A DNA stretch of 33,916 bases, from assembly GCA_035630755.1 (NCBI GenBank), contig DASQKC010000031.1, forward strand, positions 1 to 33,916, written 5' to 3'. The translations under genes and the position numbers were made by a program. A model generated the notes under the pieces. The model saw nothing but the letters and a program-made list of their open reading frames with translations, made no database searches and was not told the DNA's origin. The stretch is from Actinomycetota bacterium. Its GTDB lineage: Bacteria; Actinomycetota; UBA4738; HRBIN12. This document shows positions 17,190 to 25,929 of this stretch, one piece after another. Position 1 is the first letter of the stretch; every line of letters begins with the position of its first letter.

Positions 17190-17770
17190 GCGGGCCGGTC
17201 GCGGCGGTCACCGGACCGCCGTTGACGGTCGTCGACCGTGCCATCCGCGCGTGGCGCATCCGGGTCGCCGCTCGGTACGTCCGCCGCGGATCGCGGGTGC
17301 TCGACGTGGGATGCCACGACGGGGCGCTGTTCCGGGCCTTGGACGGCCGGATCTCGTCCGGGCTGGGGGTCGATCCCGACCTGGAGGGCGACACGTCGAT
17401 CGGCCCGTACACGTTCACCCGGGCCTCGTTCCCCGGCGATCCGCCGATCGAGGGCGTGTTCGACGCGATCACGATGCTCGCGGTGCTCGAACACATGGAG
17501 CCGTCCGCGCTCGAGGCCGTGCATCGCACCTGCCTCCGGCTCCTCGCGCCGGGCGGGTCGGTCGTGATCACCGTCCCCTCGCCGCAGGTGGATCGGATCC
17601 TCCACTGGCTCCAGCGCGCCCGCCTGATCGCCGGGGTCGCCCTCCACCAGCACCACGGGTTCGACCCGGCGCTCGTCCCCGCGACGCTCGATCGGCCACC
17701 GCTCCGCCTCATCAGCCGTCGGCGGTTCGAGTTCGGGCTCAACAACCTGTTCGTGTTCGAACGGACGTGA
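17177..17770 (+). CDS. Class I SAM-dependent methyltransferase
   Basis: This is the C-terminal part of track ORF 16646..17770. It has VLDVGCHDGALF (motif I), FDAITMLAVLEHM and LLAPGGSVVITVP. The start is uncertain: GTG at 17177 overlaps the GT2 stop, and TTG at 17222 is an alternative. Confidence 0.7.
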   Translation: MGPLSGPVAAVTGPPLTVVDRAIRAWRIRVAARYVRRGSRVLDVGCHDGALFRALDGRISSGLGVDPDLEGDTSIGPYTFTRASFPGDPPIEGVFDAITMLAVLEHMEPSALEAVHRTCLRLLAPGGSVVITVPSPQVDRILHWLQRARLIAGVALHQHHGFDPALVPATLDRPPLRLISRRRFEFGLNNLFVFERT

Positions 17771-17783
17771 CCGCGCCGCGCCC

Positions 17784-18302
17784 TCAGGCGGACGCGGCGT
17801 CGCGCTCGAGCGACCACACCACGTGCGCCATCCCCGCGCGCACGGTCCCCCGCCACGGCCGGAACCCGAGCGCTCGGGCGACCGACCACGACGGCACGTT
17901 CTCGGGACGCACGAGGCTGATGAGGCGGGCCGGGTCGAGCGCCGCCCACGCGTGGTCGCGGCACGCCACGCCCGCTTCGGTCGCGTACCCGCGGCCCTGG
18001 CGGTCGGACCGCACGTGCCACCCGAGCTCCACGAAGTCCTCGCCGTCGACGGCCTGGCGCGTCGGGCCGCAGTCGCCGACCACCTCGCCGCTCCCCCGCT
18101 CCACGACCGCGAGGAGCCCGTAGCCGTCGGTCGCGTACCGCTCGAGGGTGCGGTCCACCCACCGCTCGACCGACGGCGGGTCGAACGGCTGCGGGTAGAA
18201 GCGCATCGATCGAGGATCGCCGAGGACGGCGGCGAGGGCGTCGACGTCGTCGTGGGTCATCGGACGCAGGACGAGCCGCTCGGTCTCCAGGTGCCAGGTC
18301 AT
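17784..18302 (-). CDS. GNAT-family N-acetyltransferase (RimJ/RimL-like)
   Basis: The ORF reads MTWHLETERLVLRPMTHDDVDAL...GWHVRSDRQGRGYATEA..., a typical Acetyltransf_3 pattern. The start is the third in-frame ATG of track ORF 17784..18356. Confidence 0.85.
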   Translation of the reverse strand: MTWHLETERLVLRPMTHDDVDALAAVLGDPRSMRFYPQPFDPPSVERWVDRTLERYATDGYGLLAVVERGSGEVVGDCGPTRQAVDGEDFVELGWHVRSDRQGRGYATEAGVACRDHAWAALDPARLISLVRPENVPSWSVARALGFRPWRGTVRAGMAHVVWSLERDAASA

Positions 18303-18403
18303 GGGGCCCGATCCTCCCATGACCGGGGGGCGGCCCGGCGGGCTACCCCCGCCCACGGCGGCCGTGGCAAGCTGCGGGTTCCCCGTCGAGGAGGCTGACC
18401 GCG

Positions 18404-19387
18404 ATGACCCGACCCAGCGTGCTGGTGACCCGCCCGATCATGGAGGCGCCGCTCGCGCGCCTGCGCGAGCGCTGCGACGTCACGGTGGACGAGAACGACT
18501 TCGGCATCCCGCGCGACGACCTGCTCGAGACGGTGGCGGGTCGCGAAGCCCTCATCACGATGCTGACCGAGCAGGTGGACGCCGAGCTGCTCGCGGCCGC
18601 CGGACCGCAGCTCCGGATCGTCGCCAACCACGCCGTCGGGTTCGACAACGTCAACCTGGCTGACTGTTCGGCGGCCCGCGTGATGGTGTCGAACACCCCC
18701 GACGTGCTCACGGAGACCACCGCCGATACCGCGTTCGCGCTGATCATGGCGGCGGCCCGCCGCGTGGGCGAGGGCGAACGGTTCCTGCGCCGCCGCGAGC
18801 CGTGGATCTGGGGGCCGCTGATGATGCTCGGCCAGGACGTCCACCACAAGACGATCGGCATCGTCGGGTTCGGGCGCATCGGCCAAGCGGTCGCGCGCCG
18901 CGCGAAAGGCTTCGGCATGGAGGTCATCTACACGGACGCGGTGACGCTGCCGGCCGAGGTCGAGGCCGAGACGGGGGCGCGTCGCGTCGAGATGGACGAG
19001 CTCCTGCGCGTGGCCGACGTGATCTCGATCCACACGAACCTCACCCCCGAGACGCGCCACCTGTTCGGCGCCGAGCAGTTCCGCGCGATGAAGCCCTCGG
19101 CGATCCTCGTGAACACGTCGCGCGGGCCGGTCGTCGACGAGGCGGCGCTCGCCGCGGCGCTCGCGTCCGGCGAGATCTTCGCGGCGGGGCTCGACGTCTT
19201 CGAGCGCGAGCCAGACGTGACTCCCGCGCTGCTCGATCTGGAGAACGCGGTCGCGATCCCGCACCTGGGGAGCGCCACGGTCGACACGCGCGACGCGATG
19301 GGGCACGTGGCCGTGGACAACGTGTTCGCGGCGCTCGACGGCGAGCGACCGCCGACCCTGCTGAACCCCGACGTGCTGGAGCGGTAG
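18404..19387 (+). CDS. D-isomer-specific 2-hydroxyacid dehydrogenase (glyoxylate/hydroxypyruvate reductase-like)
   Basis: The 327-aa ORF has VGFDNVNL, the NAD-binding sequence GIVGFGRIGQAVARRA, and NTSRGPVVDE...PHLGSAT. A GAGGAGG ribosome-binding site is present. Confidence 0.9.
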   Translation: MTRPSVLVTRPIMEAPLARLRERCDVTVDENDFGIPRDDLLETVAGREALITMLTEQVDAELLAAAGPQLRIVANHAVGFDNVNLADCSAARVMVSNTPDVLTETTADTAFALIMAAARRVGEGERFLRRREPWIWGPLMMLGQDVHHKTIGIVGFGRIGQAVARRAKGFGMEVIYTDAVTLPAEVEAETGARRVEMDELLRVADVISIHTNLTPETRHLFGAEQFRAMKPSAILVNTSRGPVVDEAALAAALASGEIFAAGLDVFEREPDVTPALLDLENAVAIPHLGSATVDTRDAMGHVAVDNVFAALDGERPPTLLNPDVLER

Positions 19388-19390
19388 GCC

Positions 19391-21847
19391 GTGGGCTCGC
19401 CGGGGGAAGGCCGTCGCACGCGGCCGGCGCCCGACGCGCTACGCCGCGACGTGCGGCTGCTGACCACCCTGCTCGGCGACCAGATCCGTGCGCACGACGG
19501 GGAGGCGCTGTACGCGACGGTCGAGGGCCTTCGGCGCGCGGTGATCAGGCTGCACGAACGCCCGACGCCGGCGCGCGCCGCAGGGGTGCGACGGCGCGTG
19601 GCGACCATCGATCCGGACGAGGCGATCCGGGTCGCCCGCGCGTTCACCGCCTTCTTCCAGCTGGTGAACGTCGCCGAGGACCGGCAACGCGTACGGGAGT
19701 TGCGCGCGCGCGGGGCACACGACCTGCCCTCGCCGATCCGGCGACCGGTCGAGCTGACCGAGGTGCTCACCGCCCACCCGACCGAGGCCAAGCGCCGGGC
19801 GGTCGTCGAGCACCTGTGGCGGATCAGCGACACGCTGGACTCGCTCGACGATCCGCGGTGCGCCGGACGCGTCCGGGCGGATCTGCAGCGCCGTCTCGCC
19901 GAGGACGTCGCGAGCCTGTGGCTCACCGATCCGGTCCGCCTGCACGCGCCGACGCCCCTCGACGAGGTCCGGGCGACGATGGCGCTCTTCGACCGGACGA
20001 TCTTCACGACCCTCCCCCGGCTACTCTCCTCGGTGGGGCCGGACGTCCGCGTCCGGTGGGCCACGTGGGTCGGCGGCGATCGCGACGGGAACCCCCGCGT
20101 GACCGCCGACGTCACCGCGGAGGCCGCCCGGATCGCCCGCGACCACGTGCTGCGCGGGTACGAGACGGCGTCCCGCCGGATCGCGCGGGCGCTCTCGGTG
20201 AGCGCGGCCGACGTCCCGCCGTCGACCGCCCTGCGACGATCGCTCACGCGGGACGCGCGCGCGTTCCCCGCCCGCGCCGCCGAGCTCGCGCGGACGCTGC
20301 CCGACGCGCCGCACCGCCGCAAGCTCGTCCTGGTGGCCGAGCGGCTCGCCGCCGTCCGGGAAGGCCGCGGCGGCGCCTACGAGGGGCCCGACGCGTTCCG
20401 ACGCGACATCGCGCTGCTCCGGGCGTCGCTCCGGGAGGGTGGGGCGGCGATCCTGGCCGAGGGCGAGCTCGCGCACCTCGCGTGGCAGGCCGACGCGTTC
20501 GGGTTCCACCTCGCCTCGGTCGAGGTCCGCCAGCACGCGGCGGTCCTGCGGCGCGCCGTCGCCGAGCCGGACGCGGAGGTGGATGCGACCTTCCGCACGA
20601 TCGCGGCCCTGCACCGCGACCTCGGCGTGGCGTCCTGCCCGCGGTTCGTCGTGAGCTTCACCCGCGCGGCAGCCGACGTGGCCGCCGTGTACACGCTGGC
20701 GCGGCGCGCCGACCGCGCGCTCCCCCGCCACCTCGACGTCGTCCCGTTGTTCGAGTCCGGCGCCGAGCTGGCGCGCGCGACCGAGATCCTCGACGCGATC
20801 GTCGCGGTGCCCGCGGTGCGGGCGCGCCTGCGCGCGAACGGCGACCGGTACGAGGTGATGCTGGGGTACTCGGACTCGGCCAAGGAAGCCGGCGTCCTCG
20901 CCGCGTCGATCGCCCTGTACGACACGCAGCGCCGGATGGCAGCGTGGGCGCGGCGTCGCGGGATCACCCTCACGCTGTTCCACGGGCGCGGCGGCGCGCT
21001 CGGTCGCGGCGGCGGGCCGACGGCACGCGCGATCGTGGCGCAGCCGCCGGGGAGCGTCGACGGCCGGTTCAAGGTCACCGAGCAGGGCGAGGTGGCGTTC
21101 GCCCGCTACGGCGATCCCGACATCGCGTGGCACCACCTCGAGCAGGTGGTCCGCGCGGTCGCCACCGCGCCGGGGCGTCGGACGCCCGACCCCGCCCGCG
21201 CGCACCCGCGGACCATCGCTACGATGCGCGACGCGAGCGAGCGCGCGTGGCGCGACCTCGTGACGACGCCGGGGTTCGCGCGGTTCGTGACCGCGGCCAC
21301 CCCGATCGCGCACATCGCGAGCCTGCCGATCGCGTCGCGGCCCGTGTCGCGCACCGGCACCGTCGAGGACCTCGACGCGTTGCGGGCGATCCCGTGGGTC
21401 TTCTCGTGGGCGCAGGCCCGCGTCAACCTCCCGGGGTGGTTCGGGCTGGGCGCCGGCCTCGAGGCGGTGGCCGACGAGCGCGGCGGTCTCACCGAGCTCC
21501 GGCGGCTGTACGCGGACTGGCCGTTCTTCGCGGTGCTGCTCGAGAACGCCTCGCTCTCGCTCGCCAAGGCCGACGCCGGCCTCGCGGCCCGCGCGCTGGC
21601 GCGCGCCGAGCGCCCCGACATCGCGGCCACGATCAAGGGCGAGTGGGACCGGACCGAACGCCTGATCCTCGCCGTGACGCGCGAGCCCCGCCTCCTCGCG
21701 AGCCGCCCGGGGCTGCTGGCCTCGATCGAGCTGCGCGCCCCCTACGTGGACGTCCTCTCGTACCTACAGCTGGAGCACCACGACGATCGCCGCGTCGTCC
21801 AGGCCACCATCGGAGGCATCGCCGCCGGCCTGCAGAACACCGGCTGA
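19391..21847 (+). CDS. ppc: Phosphoenolpyruvate carboxylase
   Basis: The 818-aa ORF has LRRDVRLLTTLLGDQI at the N-terminus, then TAHPTEAKRR, VMLGYSDSAKEAG, FHGRGGALGRGGGP and the canonical C-terminal QNTG. It starts 3 nt after the dehydrogenase stop. Confidence 0.95.
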   Translation: MGSPGEGRRTRPAPDALRRDVRLLTTLLGDQIRAHDGEALYATVEGLRRAVIRLHERPTPARAAGVRRRVATIDPDEAIRVARAFTAFFQLVNVAEDRQRVRELRARGAHDLPSPIRRPVELTEVLTAHPTEAKRRAVVEHLWRISDTLDSLDDPRCAGRVRADLQRRLAEDVASLWLTDPVRLHAPTPLDEVRATMALFDRTIFTTLPRLLSSVGPDVRVRWATWVGGDRDGNPRVTADVTAEAARIARDHVLRGYETASRRIARALSVSAADVPPSTALRRSLTRDARAFPARAAELARTLPDAPHRRKLVLVAERLAAVREGRGGAYEGPDAFRRDIALLRASLREGGAAILAEGELAHLAWQADAFGFHLASVEVRQHAAVLRRAVAEPDAEVDATFRTIAALHRDLGVASCPRFVVSFTRAAADVAAVYTLARRADRALPRHLDVVPLFESGAELARATEILDAIVAVPAVRARLRANGDRYEVMLGYSDSAKEAGVLAASIALYDTQRRMAAWARRRGITLTLFHGRGGALGRGGGPTARAIVAQPPGSVDGRFKVTEQGEVAFARYGDPDIAWHHLEQVVRAVATAPGRRTPDPARAHPRTIATMRDASERAWRDLVTTPGFARFVTAATPIAHIASLPIASRPVSRTGTVEDLDALRAIPWVFSWAQARVNLPGWFGLGAGLEAVADERGGLTELRRLYADWPFFAVLLENASLSLAKADAGLAARALARAERPDIAATIKGEWDRTERLILAVTREPRLLASRPGLLASIELRAPYVDVLSYLQLEHHDDRRVVQATIGGIAAGLQNTG

Positions 21848-21959
21848 CCCCATCCAGAGGTGCCGATTCGCGCGAACGCGCCGGCGGTGCTAGGAACGAG
21901 GGAACGGCTTCTTCCGGCGTCGCGCCCGGACGCCGCCGACGGGAAAGGGGATCCCTCCG

Positions 21960-23681
21960 ATGCGTCGACGCACCAAGCTGGGCGTCGGTCTCACGACCGC
22001 GCTCCTCACCGCCCTGGTCCTGACCCCCGCGATCGGCGGCAGCCCTGCGGCGGCGGTCGACCCCGCGACGCCATCGCGTGTCCTGCTGCTCGTCATCGAC
22101 GGCATGCGGGCGGACTACCTCGACCGGTACGACCTGCCGAACCTCGAGGCGCTCCGCGCGAGCGGCGTCGGCTTCTCGCGCAGCCAGGTCGGCTACATGT
22201 CGTCGATCACCGTGATCAGCCACAACGTGATCGCGAGCGGCCAGCTCCCCAAGCACCAGGGGTGGTCGAACGAGATCTTCCGCGACACCGAGAACGCGCT
22301 GGGCGGCGGCGCCGGCGGCCTGTACGTCATGTCGAGCGCGGCCTGCGACGACTTCCGACTGCTCACGACGCACGAGGGGTACCCCAAGCTCGCCGACTAC
22401 CTCGATGCGCTCGAGACCGACGGCGACGCGAGGTTCGTGTCGATCGCGACGAAGGACCGGTCGGCGTGCGGCGTCGGCCAGCCGGTCGCCAACGGATCCA
22501 ACGACATGATCGTCGGGATGGCGCGCCTGAGCGCCCCGGGCGTCACGTGCGACGGCATCCTGCACCGGTGGCGGGTCCCCCGCGGGGCGAACATCCCCAC
22601 CGGCCCCGGCGACATCGGCGAGGAGTGCGGCCGCTGGTACGTCAACAGCACGCTCGACTACGGCACGCTGTCCACCTCACCGGCGTGGCTGTACCCCCTC
22701 GACGGGAACCGGTTCGTCACGGGGTTCGACCCGGTGCGCAAGGGGGGCGACGTCTGGTCGACCGACGCCGCGCTCAAGGTGATGCGGGACGACTTCTCCG
22801 ACGCCGACGAGGACGACTGGCGCGGGCTGTTCGTCGGCCTCGCGGGGCCGGACAAGATGGCCCACATGTGGGGCCCCGACGACGACGTGACCGGGCCCAC
22901 GGCGACCGACGCGATGATCCACCTCCCGGGTGCCCTGGCCACCGTCGACGAGCAGGTCGGCAGGCTCCTCGACGAGCTCGAGGCCGAGGGGATCCTCGAC
23001 GACACGCTGATCGTCGTCACCGCCGACCACGGCATGACGGAGGCCGAGAGCTTCCACGGCAGGCCCGGGGTCGCGAACGTCACGGGACAGGGCGACCTGA
23101 ACTGGTACTTCGGCGCCGAGACCGGCTCGCGCGCCGATGAGTCCTACGTGAGCCCGAGCCCGGCGATCGCCGCGCTGGGACAGCGGATCGGCTCGAACCT
23201 GGCGTTCTCGTACCAGGACACGCACGTGGCGGTCTGGCTGAAGTCGGGGACGAAGGCGCAGCGGTCCGCCGCGGCCGTCGCGATGCGCCAGCTGCCGGAC
23301 GCGATCGCGACGTACCGGCTCAACGGCGCGATGGACGGGTACGTCCGGGACTGGGTGTCGCCGACGATGGCCTCGTCGGAGCGCTCGTGGTTCAACCGGA
23401 ACGCACAGCGCCTCATCAACACGATGGCCTCGCCCAACAACGCCGACGCCGTGGCGCTCCTGGCGAACGACGTCACCTACAGCGTCCAGGGCGACCACGG
23501 CGGTCACCAGCGCGACAACCAGATGATCCCGATCTTCTTCTCAGGACCGGGCGTGCCGTCGGGTGTCACCTCCGACGTCCCGATCGGCAACGTCGACATC
23601 CTGCCGACGATCCTCGAGCTGCTCGGGGTCGCGCCCACGGCGCCGTTGGACGGGGTCGCGTTCGACCTCCGCGCCGCGTAG
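21960..23681 (+). CDS. Secreted alkaline-phosphatase-superfamily protein (nucleotide pyrophosphatase/phosphodiesterase-like)
   Basis: The 573-aa ORF has the Sec-type signal MRRRTKLGVGLTTALLTALVLTPAIGG. LLLVIDGMRADYL is a metal-binding Asp block, and VVTADHGM is a DHG block. Confidence 0.8.
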   Translation: MRRRTKLGVGLTTALLTALVLTPAIGGSPAAAVDPATPSRVLLLVIDGMRADYLDRYDLPNLEALRASGVGFSRSQVGYMSSITVISHNVIASGQLPKHQGWSNEIFRDTENALGGGAGGLYVMSSAACDDFRLLTTHEGYPKLADYLDALETDGDARFVSIATKDRSACGVGQPVANGSNDMIVGMARLSAPGVTCDGILHRWRVPRGANIPTGPGDIGEECGRWYVNSTLDYGTLSTSPAWLYPLDGNRFVTGFDPVRKGGDVWSTDAALKVMRDDFSDADEDDWRGLFVGLAGPDKMAHMWGPDDDVTGPTATDAMIHLPGALATVDEQVGRLLDELEAEGILDDTLIVVTADHGMTEAESFHGRPGVANVTGQGDLNWYFGAETGSRADESYVSPSPAIAALGQRIGSNLAFSYQDTHVAVWLKSGTKAQRSAAAVAMRQLPDAIATYRLNGAMDGYVRDWVSPTMASSERSWFNRNAQRLINTMASPNNADAVALLANDVTYSVQGDHGGHQRDNQMIPIFFSGPGVPSGVTSDVPIGNVDILPTILELLGVAPTAPLDGVAFDLRAA

Positions 23682-23704
23682 CGATCGGGCCTGAACGCGG
23701 GTCA

Positions 23705-23729
23705 GCCGCCCGGCTACCGGCCGGGTGGC
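23705..23729 (+). terminator. GC-rich hairpin downstream of the phosphodiesterase gene (possible intrinsic terminator, no U-tract)
   Basis: Read directly from the sequence: GCCGCCCGGC-taccg-GCCGGGTGGC, a 10-bp stem with one G:U pair, 24 nt after the TAG at 23679-23681. Confidence 0.3.
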
Positions 23730-23798
23730 CGATCGCCCTATCCTCCGGCCTCCAGTCCCGCGCGGGCAGACCCGGCGGGATCCGATCGGGAGGAACCC

Positions 23799-24938
23799 AT
23801 GGCTGACCTGGTGACCACGATCCCCGCGCTCGACCCCGGCGACCGGCTCCTGTGCGGTCCCGGCCCGTCGAACGTGCACCCCGCGGTGCTCGACGCGATG
23901 CGCCTGCCCATGAACGGGCATCTCGACCCCGACTTCTGGGACATCCTGCTCGACCTGGTCGCCGGCCTGCGGGCCCTCTGGCGGGCCCCCGAGGACGGGC
24001 TCACGATCGCCCTGTCGTCGAGTGGTAACTCCGCGATGGAGGCCGGCTTCATGAACCTGATCGAGCCCGGCGACACGGTGATCTCGTGCCACTGGGGTTT
24101 CTTCGGGTCGCGGCTCAACGACTTCGCGCATCGGATCGGTGCCGAGGTCGTGGAGCTCAGCGCCGACCTCGGCCAGATCGTGCCCGTCGACCGGATCATG
24201 GAGGCGGTCGCCGCGCACCCCGAGGCCACGATCGTGAGCGTCGTCCACGCCGAGACATCGACCGGCGCCGACTTCCCGCTCGGCGAGCTGGGCGCGGCGC
24301 TCCGCGCGGTCGGCTCGGAGGCGCTGCTCTACGCGGACTGCGTCACGTCGCTCGGGGGCCAGCAGGTCGAGGCCGACGCGTGGGACCTCGACTTCGCCTA
24401 CTCGTGCTCGCAGAAATCGCTCGGGTGCCCGCCCGGGCTCGCGCCCGTGTCGATCAGCCCCCGGGCGATCGAGGCGATGCAGCGCCACACGACGCCGGTC
24501 CCCTACTACTACGACGTCGAGGAGCTCGCGAGGTACTGGATCGACCGGCCGATCACCTACCACCACACGATGCCGATCCTGCAGTACTACGCCCTGTACA
24601 CGGGGGTGAAGCTCGCGCTGGACGAAGGCCTCGAGGTGCGCTGGGCACGCAACGACGACGCGGGCCGGTACTTCCAGGAGCAGATCCGCGCCCGCGGGTT
24701 CGACCTGTTGGCCGCCCCCGACCACCAGCTCGTCGAGCTGACCGCCATCAAGGTGCCCGACGGCGTGGACGGCAAGGAGGTCCAGACCCGGATCCTCCGC
24801 GAGCACGGCATCGAGGTCGGGGGCGGGCTGGGGCCGAAGGCGCCGCCGATCTGGCGCGTCGGGCTGATGGGCGTGAACGCGAACCGCGAGACCGCCGACC
24901 GGGTGCTCGCCGCGTTCGACGCCGTCCTGCCCCGGTAG
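23799..24938 (+). CDS. sga: Class-V pyridoxal-phosphate aminotransferase (serine-glyoxylate / alanine-glyoxylate type)
   Basis: The 379-aa ORF has LLCGPGPSNVHPAVLDAM, SSSGNSAMEAG and DFAYSCSQKSLGCPPGL (the SQK PLP-lysine block). A GGGAGG ribosome-binding site is present. The specific substrate is inferred from gene context only. Confidence 0.75.
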   Translation: MADLVTTIPALDPGDRLLCGPGPSNVHPAVLDAMRLPMNGHLDPDFWDILLDLVAGLRALWRAPEDGLTIALSSSGNSAMEAGFMNLIEPGDTVISCHWGFFGSRLNDFAHRIGAEVVELSADLGQIVPVDRIMEAVAAHPEATIVSVVHAETSTGADFPLGELGAALRAVGSEALLYADCVTSLGGQQVEADAWDLDFAYSCSQKSLGCPPGLAPVSISPRAIEAMQRHTTPVPYYYDVEELARYWIDRPITYHHTMPILQYYALYTGVKLALDEGLEVRWARNDDAGRYFQEQIRARGFDLLAAPDHQLVELTAIKVPDGVDGKEVQTRILREHGIEVGGGLGPKAPPIWRVGLMGVNANRETADRVLAAFDAVLPR

Positions 24939-24944
24939 GCGGCC

Positions 24945-25910
24945 ATGGCCGACACCGCCCGGCTCCACCGGAGCGAGCTCGCCGTGCCCGGCACGAACGT
25001 GCGGGCGATGGCGAAGTCGCCGACCCTGGGCGCCGACGTCGTGTTCCTGGACCTCGAGGACGCCCTCGCGCCCGACGACAAGGAACAGGCGCGCGCGAAC
25101 GTCATCGACGCCCTCGGGACGCACGACTGGTCGGCGACCGCCGTGAGCGTGCGGATCAACGGCCTGGACACGCACTGGTGTTACCGCGACGTCGTCGACG
25201 TGGTCGAGGCGCGCGGCGACGTCCTCGACACGATCCTGGTCCCGAAGGTCGGCAGGCCGTCCGACGTCGAGTTCGTGGGGACGCTGCTCGACCAGATCGA
25301 ACAACAACGGGGGTGGGAGCCGGGTCGGATCGGGATCACGATCCTCATCGAGACCGCGATGGGGATGGCCAACGTCGAGGCGATCGCGCGCGCCCGACCG
25401 GACCGGCTCGAGGCGATGTCGTTCGGCGTCGCCGATTACGCGGCCAGCGTCCGGGCGCGGACGACGAACATCGGCGGCGCCACCCCCGGCTACGCCGTGC
25501 TCACCGACCCCGACGACGCGGGCGCCCGCGCGACGCACTGGGGCGACCAGTGGCACTTCGCGATCAGCCGGATGGTCGCCGCGTGCCGCGCCGAGGGCCT
25601 GCGCCCGATCGACGGGCCCTTCGGCGACATCGACGACGCGGACGGGTACCGGAGCGCGGCGCGGCGCGCCGCCGCGCTGGGGTGCGAGGGCAAGTGGGCG
25701 ATCCATCCGAGCCAGGTGGCGCTCGCCAACGAGGTGTTCACGCCATCGGCGGCCGAGGTCGCCCGTGCCGAGCGGATCCTGCAGGCGATGCAGGAGGCCG
25801 CGGCGCAGGGCAAGGGGGCGGTGGCGCTCGACGGCCGCCTCATCGACGCCGCGTCCATCCGGATGGCGGAGAACCTGGTGCGCAAGGTCGAGCAGATGCG
25901 CGCCCGCTGA
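24945..25910 (+). CDS. mcl: HpcH/HpaI-CitE family lyase, L-malyl-CoA/beta-methylmalyl-CoA lyase-like
   Basis: The 321-aa ORF has RSELAVPGTN, VFLDLEDA, VRINGLDT, ILIETAMG, MSFGVADYAAS and KWAIHPSQV. Its length and blocks match Mcl-type rather than short CitE-type enzymes. Confidence 0.8.
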   Translation: MADTARLHRSELAVPGTNVRAMAKSPTLGADVVFLDLEDALAPDDKEQARANVIDALGTHDWSATAVSVRINGLDTHWCYRDVVDVVEARGDVLDTILVPKVGRPSDVEFVGTLLDQIEQQRGWEPGRIGITILIETAMGMANVEAIARARPDRLEAMSFGVADYAASVRARTTNIGGATPGYAVLTDPDDAGARATHWGDQWHFAISRMVAACRAEGLRPIDGPFGDIDDADGYRSAARRAAALGCEGKWAIHPSQVALANEVFTPSAAEVARAERILQAMQEAAAQGKGAVALDGRLIDAASIRMAENLVRKVEQMRAR

Positions 25911-25929
25911 AGGGCGCCAGGAGGGGAAC

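Noticed and set aside
21870-21885. GCGCG-aa-CGCGC palindrome in the ppc / phosphodiesterase intergenic region.
   Set aside because: A 2-nt loop cannot form a stable hairpin, and the 5-bp arms are expected by chance at this GC content.
18802-22023. A 1073-aa plus-strand ORF spanning the dehydrogenase and ppc region.
   Set aside because: It is out of frame with the dehydrogenase and PEP carboxylase genes, which carry canonical motifs. Its translation is Arg/Ala/Gly/Pro low complexity.
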